Assembly: GCA_047967505.1 (NCBI GenBank)
Contig: CM106538.1
Direction: 5' to 3' (one strand)
DNA length: 64,000 bases
Source: Dipteris shenzhenensis
Taxonomy: Eukaryota
In this document: positions 26,001 through 38,168 of the stretch, in pieces
How the letters are laid out: each line of letters begins with the position of its first letter
Position numbering within the stretch: position 1 is the stretch's first letter
The notes under the pieces: model-generated
What the model was told of the DNA's origin: nothing
What the model saw: only the letters and a program-made list of their open reading frames with translations
Database searches by the model: none
Program-made: the position numbers and the translations under genes

Positions 26001-27061
26001 TGAGTGTTATTATTTCTTCGATTAAGGAAAATGTCAGCTGTTAAAGGGAGTGATTGAATCTCAGGGGGGGATTCGGGTTAGAGGATTGTCGGGGGCGGTG
26101 GTTTCAGCGGAGTTGTATGTAGATTTGGCAAGCGTTGGAGTCGAAAGCGTTAGCCGGAATGTAGCTGCATGCAGATTGGGCGAGATTTGCAAACGGTATC
26201 TCCGTCATAAGTGCGGGTGTTGGTATAGTTTTGTTTGGAGGGTTAGTTTGTGTAGGGACCATCGTGTTAATAATGTGCCTAAGATTGTCCTACGTGTGAA
26301 GGGAACTGTGCCGGTGCAGATGGATTGTTAATCGAAGGTCACGACGTGAAGATACGAGCAAATTTATGCGAAATGAGGCCTACACGAGGGCGCAAATGAG
26401 GAGTACTAGGGATGTTGAAATGGTGTGCAATGGGTTGGAAAAATATCTCGTAGCGTGGTGTTTTCGTGTGTGAAATTCTGGTTCAATCTGGGTCCCAAAC
26501 GGATGAGTTACGAGGGGTTAAAGTAAGGGTAAAAATGGTCCTTTTTTGTGGGGAGGGTCCTTGCCCTTAAGTTTGGTGTGAATGGTCCTAAACTTTAACT
26601 AGGATGGACTAACTAAACTAAGGAAGTTAAGCTAATCTACTAGTTAAGCTAACTTTGTAGTTAGAATAACTATCCTAACTAACTGCAGTCAAGCCACCAA
26701 CTCAAATATACTTAGTCTAACCTAGCTAACTAAACCGAGGTTTTACTAACCTAACTAGAGTATATCTAACCTAACCTAGGTTATTTAACCTAACCTAGGC
26801 GAACTAACCTAACTATGATTAGTTTTTAGGTTTCTTTACCCTCTCTTTTTTTTTTTTTGGGAAGGGGGGGGGGGGGAGGCCTAAAGCCTTAGCCTCTTAA
26901 GGCTAAGGCTTGGCGTGCGTTATTGCCACGTGGCATGCAAGCGGGCGCCATCGCATAGCGTGGGCATTGCTTGTGTGCAAGCATCGCTGTTGTTGGTGCG
27001 TGGGCGGGCTCCACCTTAGGCGGGCGCCTTCAAGGCCTTATGGCCTTATGGCCTTTGAGGG

Positions 27062-27071
27062 TAGGGGGGGC

Positions 27072-27118
<47 letters not shown>

Positions 27119-28385
27119 GGGGGGGGAAAGGGGGAGGGAGAGAGAGAGAAGGGGTGGAGGAAAAAAGAGAGGGGGGTGAGGGGGATGGAGGGAGGGGTGG
27201 AGGGGGTGAAGGGGGGGGTGGAGGTGGAGATTGGGGGAAAGAGGGAAGGGGGGGTGGAGGTGGAGATGGAGATGGAGATGGGGGGGAAGGAGGAAAAGAA
27301 AAGGGGGTGGAGGTGGAGATGGAGATGGGGGGGAAAGAGGGAAGGGGGGTGGAGGTGGAAAAAAGGGGGGGAAAGAGGGGAAAAAAAAAGGAGAGGGGGT
27401 GGGGTGGAGGGGGTAAAGGGGGGGTGGAGGTGGAGATGGAGATGGAGGGGAAAGAGGGAAGAAGGGGGGGGTGGAGGTGGAGATGGAGATGGGGGGAAAG
27501 AGGGAAGGGGGGTGGAGGTGGAGATGGAGATGGGGGGGAAAGAGGGAAGAAGGGGGGGGGGTGGAGGTGGAGATGGAGATGGGGGGGAGAGGGTAGAAGG
27601 GGGGGGGGGGTGGAGGGGGTAAAGAGGGGGCGTGGAGGTGGAGATGGAGATGGGTGGGAAAAAGGGAAGAAGGGGGGAAGGAGGTGGGGGTGGAGGGGGG
27701 TGGAGGTGGAGGGGGATAGAGAGAGGTAGAGAGATAATGGAGTGTAGGGAGTGGGGGATAGAGAGAGATAGAGAGATGGTGGAGTGGAGGGAGTTGGAGA
27801 TGGGGGATGGAGGAGGAGATGGGAGATGGAGGGGGAGGGGAAAAAGGGGAGATGGGATGTAGAGAGAGGTAGAGAGATAATGGAGTGAAGGAAGTGGGGG
27901 ATGGAGAGAGATAGAGAGATGGTGGAGTGGAGGAAGTTGGAGATGGGGGGTGGAGGAGGAGATGGGAGATGGAGGGGGAGGGGAAAAAAGGGAAGATGGG
28001 ATGTAGAGAGAGGTAAAGAGATGGTGGAGTGGAGGGAGTTGGAGATGGGGGGTGGAGGAGGAGATGGGAGATGAAGGGGGAGGGGAAAAAGGGGAGATGG
28101 GATGTAGAGATAAGTAGAGAGATAGTGGAGATTGGGGGGTGGTGGAGGAGATGGGAGATGGAGGGGGAGGGGAATAAGGGGAGATGGGTTGTAGAGAGAG
28201 GTAGAGAGATGGTGGAGGGAAAAAGGATGGTTGCCTTGAGTGGGGGAGATGGGGAATGGACGGAAAAAGTGGAGGTGGTGGGGAGGAAGATGATTGGAGG
28301 TGGAGATGGAGATGGAAGGGGGGGTGACGAAAAAAGTGGTGGTGGAGGGGGGATTGACACAAAAAAATGGTGGTGGTGGTGGTGG
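27062..28385. repeat. Purine-rich (G/A) degenerate tandem array in the Gypsy 5' leader
   Basis: Repeated GGTGGAGGTGGAGATGGAGATGGGGGG(G)AAAGAGGGAAGGGG units, then longer ~100-bp units. Almost no C on the + strand. Confidence 0.9.
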
Positions 28386-28693
28386 ACGAAAAATAGAGAA
28401 AGACGAAAATTATGGCAGCTTAACGGAATTTGGAGAAGGAAGTCGCTAGCAAAAGGGTGGGGAAAGAAATGAGGGGGGTGGTGTCGCTTTTATAGGATGT
28501 GGGAGGATTAAGGGTTAATTTTGGGTGTTTAGTGTATTAATGTGATTTTGTAAGTTAACATTATCCTTTTGCATTTTTTGGAAGCATTTTTTCACTCCTT
28601 TGCCTTGAGGGATGTATCTAGTATGGTTTTTCGTAGGGGGTTCTTTTTTCACACATGCAAGCACGTGCTTCGCTTTCACTTCACGTGCTAACC

Positions 28694-28711
28694 TCCCAGG
28701 CAACGGCACCA
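28694..28711 (-). promoter_or_regulatory. Primer-binding site complementary to tRNA-Asp
   Basis: TGGTGCCGTTGCCTGGGA matches 16/18 of the Athila-type TGGCGCCGTTGCCGGGGA and sits 2 nt after the 5' LTR. Confidence 0.85.
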
Positions 28712-28713
28712 AA

Positions 28714-29809
28714 TGTTGTCTCTGTTTTACCCAAGTGCAGGTTCCGAGGGTGTTGGTCACCTACAGTCGTGTTGTTGCTCGTTGTAGTATAGGTTTTCAC
28801 AAGTGTGGCATAGGTCCTTGGGTCGTGTTCCATTGAGAGGTGTAAGCATGGAAAGTAGATCTCATGTGTACATGAATGAGAAAGAGGGCTTGATTATAAC
28901 GATTGATGGAGGCTCTCGCCTCCATGGGAGTTCAAGGCTTTAGAAGGGGATTTCAGGGTTAGAAGTGGGGATAGGGTTGAGATAGTTAACTAGGAGTTCT
29001 AGGGTTCAGAGGGGGTTGTAGGGCTTAGGAGGAGTCCAAGATTGAGTGGAGAGCTAGTCTCCTTCGCAGATTTGAGGGGTAAGGGTTGAGGAGAAGGGAG
29101 AGAGGAGGAGAAGGGAGGAGGGAGGAGGAGGAGAAGGGAGGAGGAGGAGGAAGGAGGAGGAGGAGGTGGGAGGAGGAGGAGATGGAGGAGAAGGGAGGAG
29201 GAGGAGGGAGTTCAAGGGAGAGAGGAAGGAGGAGATGGGAGGGGAAGGGAGGGAGGAAGAAGGAGGGGAAGGGAGGGAGGAAGAGGAGAAGAAGGAGAAG
29301 GGAGGAGTAGGAGGAGGGAGTTCAAGGGTAGAGAGTGCAAGGGTAAGGGCATGCTAGAACACAATAGTGTAAGAGAGCATGGATGCAATGGAAATCAATC
29401 GCATGAACACAATAGTGAGCTTGAACACTGAATCCCAAAGAGTGGGAGCTTCATTCCATTTGAGAGATATTTATACATGTTGGTCTCTCCACTTTTGAGA
29501 GGGACCTTTTGGGTCTCTACACAAAGTGAGGGAACCTTTTGGGTCTCTACACAAAGTGGAGAACCTCTGAAAGTGTAGGCTTTTAGTTTCTCTCTCTAGA
29601 TTTAGTATTTCTCTCTCTAGATCCTGATTTTGCAAGTATGATTGGATCTTTTCTAGAGAGGATTTTGGTTATCCTCATCCTTTAAGATTTATCATACTAT
29701 CTTTCAAGATCAAGATATTACAAGCAGAGCTTCCCACTACTCTACACACACAATGCTCTCATAGTTGTCTTAGAGTGTACTTCTAGCCCTTGTTGCCACA
29801 GGGTTAACA
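28714..29809 (-). repeat. 5' LTR of the Gypsy element (1,096 bp)
   Basis: Aligns with 11532-12513 and has a longer GA-rich tract. Confidence 0.92.
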
Positions 29810-30703
29810 CACACACACACACACTCTCTCTCTCGCTTGTTGCACACCTGCTTGTTCACTTGCCACTGCAGCCCGCTTACTCATATACCATACTTCGTTG
29901 CCCGCACACTCTCCTCAGCCGCTCTCCCACACTCTACACAACTAGTGCGAACCAGCTCCCTCACTCCAACCTTGTCCAAGCTTGTACGTGGCCCATTTCA
30001 GAAATGGAAGGTGTGAAGAAGGTTTGCGTGCCCTTCTCGTTTGAAAGGTCTTGCAAAGAAGAATCCATTGTGACCTTAACTTTAAAGAATTGACTTTGGA
30101 TCGATGAACTAAACCATTTTGTATAAAAAATACCCCGAAAGTTTTATTTAAGACCATTGCATAACATAATGGGTTACCGATAGGAATGCAATTTCCATTT
30201 TAAGGTTAACTTAACTAGTTATGTTTAAGCTCACTAACATAGCCTAATTGCTAGTGGGAAAAGGCCCATAGTCTCCTAACATACATGTTTATTGTGATTC
30301 CCGATAAATTGACTGAATTCTAATTTCTGATTCCTCCCTTATATGTGAAATGAGGGCACATGGCTGCCCCATTGGAGAGCATTTTGCATATTAAATGTGG
30401 GAAAGAAATCATAGAGAAAAGGATTTGTCATGAGGCCAATTGTGAAGGGTAGGTGTTTTCCGAGGGGATCCAAAGTGGGGAGCCAGAAAGAAAAGGCCCA
30501 AACCGCCTACTCACTTACCTGAGCACCAAGTGTAGGTGAGCGGCCTGTGTTGACCCGAGCATGTGAGCAGACGAAGGTTATTAGAGATTATCCACAGTTG
30601 CATGCTTGAGAAGACAAATAGTTACCACCAACGGGAACAGAAAGAGATTAGGAGTCCAGTTGCAAGGTCGAGCAGTGATCCCTGATGAGTCGCAGTAAAG
30701 GGT

Positions 30704-30976
30704 GAGATTTGGTAAAGAAAAGCAACGAGGGCGATAGAGCAGTTCTAAGCTCGAGATTTGGTAAAGAAAAGCAACGATTAGACAGAACGATTGCAACCGG
30801 AGAGAGAGCCAGAGAAATTGATTGATAGCCAGAGAGATTCATTGTAAACAATGAGCACCGATTGATTGATTGATAGACAGAGAGATTGATTGATTCATTG
30901 TAAACAAAGAGCACCCATGGAGAGATTGATTGATAGCCCGAGCGATTGATTGATTCATTGTAAACAAAGAGCACCC
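30704..30976 (+). repeat. Tandem repeats just upstream of the MetRS start codon
   Basis: GAGATTTGGTAAAGAAAAGCAACGA occurs twice, followed by three ~45-60-bp units ending GATTCATTGTAAACAA(T/A)GAGCACC. Confidence 0.85.
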
Positions 30977-30984
30977 ACAACGCC

Positions 30985-31326
30985 ATGGCCATCAGGTCCA
31001 GCCCCATCCACTTCCTTCCTCCTCCCTTGCTCCCTTTCCTCCCCTCCCCTCGTTGTTACCCCCTCCCCTGCTCATCCTTTCCCACCCTCTCCAACCCATT
31101 GCGCCTTCGCAGCAGCAGTCGCCAACCAGCTCGCTCTAAATCAACGACGACATTTTGTGTCAATCAGCAGAGCTCTGGCGCACACACCGCAGCAGCAGCG
31201 GATGAAGAAAGGCCTGAAACCGCCAGACCGTTTGTCGTTACCACCCCTCTCTATTACGTCAATGCGCCTCCGCACATGGGCAGCGCCTATCCCACCATTG
31301 CTGCGGATGCTCTTAGCAGGTTTCAG
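30985..31326 (+). CDS. OVA1: MetRS exon 1 (transit peptide and HIGH-like motif)
   Basis: MAIRSS...AADALSRFQ followed by a GT donor. Confidence 0.92.
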
Positions 31327-34300
31327 GTCTTGCCGCAGCCCAAATTGCTAACGAAATCGCACCGTTGTAAGCACCGTGCACTTGATATATGTTGGCCTAG
31401 CTTGTGTAGCTCGTGCATACGCTTCCATGCGCACTTTCTGAAACCGCAAAGCGCTTCAATTTGATTATGGGTCCGTAACCTGCAGAGACTGCAAGGTCGG
31501 AAAGTCGTCTTCGTGACAGGAACAGACGAGCATGGAGAGAAAATTGCTCTTGCAGCAGCTGCCAGTGGTCGTGAACCCAAAGAGCATTGTGATTTAATTG
31601 CAGCCGACTATCGATCATTGTGGAAAGATGTAATGAGCTCGACCATTTATAACTATAATTATAATCGCAGTGTTTTAGCCCAGCTTTCCTCTTTTTATTG
31701 CTCTCATAGTTTATTTCCGAGGAATTTCCCATCCTAACGTTTGTGGCATTGCAGCTAGATATTGCTTATGATAGGTTCATTCGGACAACAGACCCTAGCC
31801 ATGAAAAGATCGTGGCTGAATTTTACAGAAGGGTCTCTGAAAAAGGTGATATTTATCGAGCAGACTACGAAGGTCTCTACTGTATCAATTGTGAGGAGTT
31901 TAAGGTGCCTGTCGTAACCACACATACTGGTCTTTCTTTTGAAAGAAACAACTGTTTTAAAGCTTTCTGCTTACCCTCATGGGGTCGAACAAGTGGTAAG
32001 ATTGTCGTAGTTGTACTGCTTACTGTTGTCTTGCAATTCAGATTGCCTGATTCATTGAGTAATTCTTGAGCTTCAACAGATTATGCAGTTCCCTTTTAAT
32101 TGTATCGCTTATGCAGGGAATAGGAATCCTGCAATCTGTTGCCATGCAGATATTGATACGTGTGCTTATATGAGCTCGAGTACGAGTCACATGGCTATCC
32201 ACAGTCTCCAACTCTCTATGATGGGACAACATTGGTCCATCCAGCTTCTGCGTACAAAACAAAACAAAACAAAACAAGCATAGGCCAGTCTAGTTCCTGT
32301 CATGAGCTCCCGTAAAAGCATAGGCCACATTGGCCTAGTATTTTCACAAAGTCAAGTACAACCTGCTAAGCTAAGAATAAGAGTCAAGCGGCAGGCCTCA
32401 AAGGCTCATGGTAATGTGCTCGGTGCTCACCTGGGAAAGGATGTAGACTCTCTCTCTTCCACGAGGTTGCTTGAGAGAAAGTTGGACCAAGGGAATTTTG
32501 ATAAGTGGAAAAATGTGTGTCTATCAACATCTGTGCTTCCTATGGAGAGACTAGTGACATAGCCATCTCTATCGGACATCAGAGATGAAGTCATGAATAC
32601 TATGGGGATTTGAATAGTGAATGCAAGGAAGTAGCCATTCCATGTATGGGACAAGAACCTTGATCTCCTGCAACCTACATATTTTAAAATTGGATGGCAT
32701 GCTGACGTGCTTAGAACTTTGAAGGAAGGCTGCTTGAGGAATGCATTGGAGTAGGGATGTAATTTGTTGGGTGCAGCATTTGGGGCAAACTGCAGTTTAC
32801 CTATGTAGACCTAGAAGCTAGGAAGGAGGGGTGCTAGTTGAGTTGCAGCAGTAGTAGTAGCAAAATGGGAAAAGTGGGTGGAGTAGTAGCAGCAGTCCGA
32901 GGCTGTTAGAAATGACCCAATAGAGGGTACGCACAGCGGAAGACTGATAGTAATGCCTAGGAGCTCACACAGTGTGGTGTGGGGTGTGGAATCACAAACT
33001 TCTTCAATGTATGTGTATAGAATAGATGTGCAGGCTCATCGATAGACAATGAACCAACCAGATAGAGAAACCACCAAAACAATATATTTCCATCCAAAGC
33101 TATGGACACAATACAAAAGAGATAGATCCAGAGTCCCACCAATGGTGAGGTCCTCTGATCTTACCACAAGGTACTTCTCCTAACTGCTGGCTATCTCTAG
33201 ACTCGAGCCCGCGTGCTCCACCTCAAGCGTCTGTAGACTCTCTGTCCAGAATGGTTCTCTCTACCTTACTGCCTGTAGATCAGCCTAGGTAGGCAGCCCT
33301 TTCTCAGCTTTGTCTGCAGCTTCTATGTGCCTCCTTCACCTCCTGGATGTAGGCCCAAGGAAGGTCCTCCTGCTGCTTCAATCTGCTGGTGGTTGGCTGC
33401 TCCAGAGAATATGATGATCACAACACCTTGCTGCCCTAGAAGACAGCCAAGGTCCAGCCTCTAGGGAACTCAGTCTGCAGCTCACCTTCCACTCTCCTTC
33501 ACCCCCAGTGTGAGGCCCAAGGGAGTGGCTTCTGGCTGCTCCTGTCTGCTCCTGCTCTGGCTGAATGTTGGATATGTATTATGAAATGAGGCCCAGGGCC
33601 TCTCCTTTTATAGGGCTCAAGGCCCCCTTGAACCAACCGACCAGCCAGCCCTAATTGGGCCGACTGGCTGGTCTGTAGCAGCCCTAACCAACCGACCAGT
33701 TGGTTGGCTGGTTGGCTGCCTATCCAGCCCTATTTAGGGCCGTTTGCTGGCCCTTTGTTCCATGCAGGGCCCAGCCCCTTTGGACTGCCTACCCCGCCAC
33801 CTGCCAGCCCTGCTTGCAGGCCATAGACCTGCCCAATACCTGCTGCAACAGTGCGACTCCATGCTGCTACTGTTCTGCCTCTGTTCAGCCCTTGTCCGGA
33901 CCTTGGCGCACCCTGCACACCCTCCATACACTGCCCTGCAGCAGCCCGTACTGATCCGTACAGTGGCTGGCCCCTTTCTCTGGGCATACCTTGCCCTAGG
34001 TCTCCCTCCCCCATGCTCTCCTCATTTGGGGGCTTACAGATGGGGAGGTGACCTTTCCAACAGAGGCTGTGTTGGGGCTCGCTGCCCCTATAGGTAGCAT
34101 TATCTCAATTTGGCCCTCTTGGGCCTTGTGGGCTGCCTTAATTAATCTTACAGAGCTGCGAACTATGGCACTCAATGCTGCCAGAGAAAATGCAAACCAA
34201 ACAATTTTTTTCACAAATGGGCTGCTAGTGGTGGCAACCAACTTTGCTAGGGACAGTCAAGTGCACCCACCACCAGACAAACATCCACGAATAGTCAAAT

Positions 34301-37300
34301 GCGATCGGCCTAGATATTGCCCAAAGCAGCGTCAAGTGAGAGGACATCCACAAATGGCCATCCACGAACGGGCTGCTAATGGTGGCTGGCTTTGCCAGGG
34401 ACAGTCAGGAGCAATTGGCACTAGATGGACATCCGCAAATAGTGGTCAGCCTACCAACTTAGAGGAAAGGTGCTGCAGGCTAGGGTGCATGTTCGGAGGG
34501 GGAAAGGGTAGAGGGTCCCAATGGGATGGAAGGACAGTCCTGCGGAGGGAAGGAAGGAGGCAGGAAGGGAGCAAGGGCAAGAAACAAAGAAAGAAAGGGA
34601 GGGCCGAAAAACCCATGAGACAAGAAACTGATCAACATGAGTGTACCCCCCGGGGGAAAGCAGAGCTGTTTATCACGCCTCCAAAAGAAAGTATTGATGA
34701 GCCTAGGAACAACAAGAAGAAAACTGGAGTTTTTCCTATCCTGTGACGTTGCGTGTTGTGTATCTCGTATCTATCATGTGCAGTTGAGCTCTACCTCATA
34801 GTTACTAGGGAACGCCATTCGCTTCATATGGAACTTGGCAACGTTGTTCTGCTTAGGATGACTATTGGGAGACTAGTTACTAAATGATAGCTTTGTAGTA
34901 GCCAAGGAGTTCCTCTTTTCTTTCTTCTGTCTAACTCGATGCTGTTCGCTTGCCTTTTCAGGGTCTTTGCTAGTTCCCTAGTTTTTGTAGGCCATTTGGC
35001 AAATAGCACAATGCATTTGTGGTTTGGGAAGGAATAACTTTTCTCGAATCCGTGTATCCATTGGTGAAGAGACAGTGATATCCCTATGAATCTCATAGTA
35101 ACTAGGGCATTGCATCATGACATGATTCTCTATCTTCACCTCCTGTGTGTTACAATGAGTACTGAGCCTCAGATCTCTATGAAGTTGATGTGTGCACACC
35201 AGCACTGCTTGTCTCCCTCGGTTGCAACTGCATAGATGATGAGAGGGAAATCCAAGGTAGTCTCTTTCGACTTGCATTTGTCTAGCCGAACTGCTCGACT
35301 TGGTCAAGCTAGGTGATGATTTGGAATGAGTTATCTATGTCAAGGGTTTCATTGCAAATTGTGCTAGGATATCGTCATGTGGGGTACATTGCTTGCTCTT
35401 GATCATGCGGGAGCCAGAGTTGATTCTTGATTGCGTGTTGTGTCGATAAAAGAGGCCAGCTCATCAATGTACATGCCAAAGAGGTTGGGGGAGAGGCTGC
35501 TCACCTCTTCTGACAGGCCTATAGGTGGGCACTCTGCTTGTAACTCTCTCATACAAGGCCTTGATTGTTCGTATAACGACGTGTGCAACACCCAAAACTT
35601 GGGAGTCATGTGATGAGGCGAGCCTGTGGTACTGAATCAAGGCCTTTTGAAGAGTCCACACAGCAGTAGTTTACTCTCACTTTTCGGTGTCGAGTCTCCT
35701 CTATGATGCCTCTAGGGTGAATATGTGATCCAGTGTGGATCGATCTCGTCTGATGCTTGGGTAGTTGCTCGCATCTTTGTACTCCCTGTGTGCATATCTC
35801 GAGAGTTGACCCGTAACCTTGGCCATCAAATACCGACCATGATAGTCTGATAGCTACCTACACCCAGGGGATTCCTTGCCTTGTAAATGGGTATGATGGT
35901 ATTAGTGGTCTAGGAAGTTGGAGAGCCTTTGCAGAAGGCCTCATTAAATAGCTTGGCTAGGCTTGGAGCAAGAGCCGTACCTGGTTCAACCGTGGTTAGA
36001 TAGCGGGTATAGGTGCCTATATATAGGCCCTGGCAGTCCATCTTCCAGGCTGCTATACAGACCTTTTACTCCACAGACCTGTGCTGTACCATCACAGCAG
36101 TTTCTGAGTGTTCCTGCTGCTCCAAACTGATCAGGCTGCTGCGCAAACCTATGCTGCAGGTAGCCCCTTACCCCCTACAGTCTACTGACCCCCTGTCCTC
36201 CTCATTTGGGGGCTCACAAGTGGGTCAGTGACTTCTAACAGATAACACTATCACTTCACCCATGGATACAGAGATATGGGGAAAGTGTCACGGGCATTTT
36301 GGACAGTTCTCAGCAGTGCAATCACTTGGCTTGCTGTTTTGTGCCCTGCCCCTTTGCTGGAAGCTTTGTGCTCTTTTGTGAGCTGTTTGTGGATGAATAG
36401 AGTTTGAGTTATTTCCTCTCTTCTTCTCTTCTATCTGCTGTCTACTTTCTGCAGTGAGACCATCTCTATGCGAGTGCATCTTGAGTGATCAAAGTAAGGT
36501 GCCTGCTGAGCCTGTTTCGTTGGTATGGCAAGTTTCTTGTTATCTCTCTGTGGTTTCAAAAGTGATTTCTACGTCTACTCCCACTTCCGTTCCTTCGTTT
36601 ACTACTGCTTCCACAACCACTCCTGAGTCCTATGACAATTCCAAAATTTAGAGAAGTAGGAAAGCTTTATGGGACAAACTAACCCATCTGGAAGGTGAAG
36701 ATCCATAGCCATTTGGTGGCTAGGAAGATCACAACGGGGGTGGATCCGATGCCCAGGGACATCAAGGATGCTTCAGGAAAGATCACGATGGCTGTAATAT
36801 AGATGAGCTCGAAGCATGGGAAGACAAAGATGCCCAAGCCCTTGCACTAATCATAGGAACGACTGCAGACTTTGTCATTCCACATGTTCAGACTTCTGAG
36901 GCGTGGGTGGCTCTGAAGGATTTGACCGAGATGGAAAAACGTCCAGGATCCTATCTCTCCAGTACCAATTGTTACACAACATGAACATGGAGCAAGTAGT
37001 TCAAGTACATGACCATCTCACGAAGGTGAAGGCGGCGAGAGATCGTTTGGCTTCAGTTGGTCAGACAGTGGACTCAAGCCAGCTAGCATTGTTGGTACTT
37101 GGGATGCTTCCGAGGAGTTTCAAAAGCTTTGTGACTGCCATGACAATGGGAGAGAGGACGAGGCCTTTGACATTTGAGGAACTTGGCCCCTTGTGGCTGC
37201 AGGAGGAGGCTAGGGAGAAACTCTATGAGAACAACAATGACAAGGTGTTTCTAGCAAAGGACAAATGCAATTCCAGCAAGGTAAAGGCAAAAGATGAATC

Positions 37301-38135
37301 CAAGGGTGATAAGCCAGGAGATGCAGACAAGAAGAAAAGAAGCTGGGACAAGAAGTGTTTCTACTATGAGAAATCTGGACGCTTGGCAAAAGACAGCTGC
37401 AAGAAGAAGGCGGATGAAAGCTGGGTGGTTTTTGTGAATCAGATTGGGCAGGTGATTGGGATACTCGGATTTTACTTTTGGCTATTGTTCCATTCTTGCT
37501 TCAGGGTTCATTCATGGCTAAGCAAGAAACAACCAAGAGTTGCCTTTCTTCTAGAGAGGCGGAGTACAAGGCTGCTTATTGTAGCATGTGAGACGTTGTG
37601 GTCGAGATAGATTCTAGAAGACATGGGCGTGCTTTAAGACGAATCACTTGTGTGAGCTTTAATTTAGCTCATCTTAAATGCTGTTCTAGAAGGTCCAGTT
37701 TTTAATGTAAATGCTGGTAATTGTATGCTAGCTCAATAACTCAGGCTTATCATGACAGCGTATCGAGTCGTTCTAATTACAGGATTTGATTGCATTGATG
37801 TTTGTAGCATTATCAAATTAAATATGGGATGTTTGTAGCATTATCAAATTAAATATGGGTTTGGGTGTATGATTCATCCTTTTATTGGCTAATAGGATGA
37901 GAAGGACTTGATTGAAGAGAAATGCTGTCCAATTCACCGGAAGCCATGCGAACACAGAAAAGAAGATAACTATTTTTTTGCTCTTAGGAATTATCAAAAG
38001 AGCCTAGAAGATCTTCTTTCCTCAAATCCTCAGTTTGTGCAACCCAGTTTCCGCTTGAATGAGGTAAGCCCTGGCACATGTATGTATTTGTTTCCGTGCA
38101 TGTCATCCTTGGGCTGCTTGACTTTTACTACAAAT

Positions 38136-38168
<33 letters not shown>

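Larger units (their letters stand above)
11532..29809 (-). mobile_element. Full-length decayed Ty3/Gypsy LTR retrotransposon, Athila-like, containing a nested element
   Basis: Paired TG...CA LTRs (11532-12513 and 28714-29809, about 92% identical by eye), a tRNA-Asp PBS, gag-PR-RT-RH-INT order and an extra 3' ORF. Confidence 0.92.

Noticed and set aside
26971-28472. Long Pro-rich and Gly-rich ORFs (up to 440 aa) resembling extensins or glycine-rich proteins
   Set aside because: They are open in several frames on both strands because the G/A array lacks stop codons, and they lie within a retroelement leader.
30513-30521. Perfect minus-strand donor CAG|GTAAGT hinting at a divergent gene
   Set aside because: A single 9-mer is expected by chance in a window this size, and I found no supporting exon or ORF.
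30704-30976. Repeat-spacer-like pattern suggesting CRISPR (also at 14176-14345 and 55194-55280)
   Set aside because: Eukaryotic context, degenerate tandem units without unique spacers, and no cas genes.
34048-34746. 232-aa + strand ORF
   Set aside because: It starts inside the solo LTR end, has no recognisable domain, and is probably a chance frame in a decayed repeat.
37797-37858. 31-bp perfect tandem duplication just upstream of the exon 4 acceptor
   Set aside because: Real but an ordinary local duplication, and the acceptor is intact.
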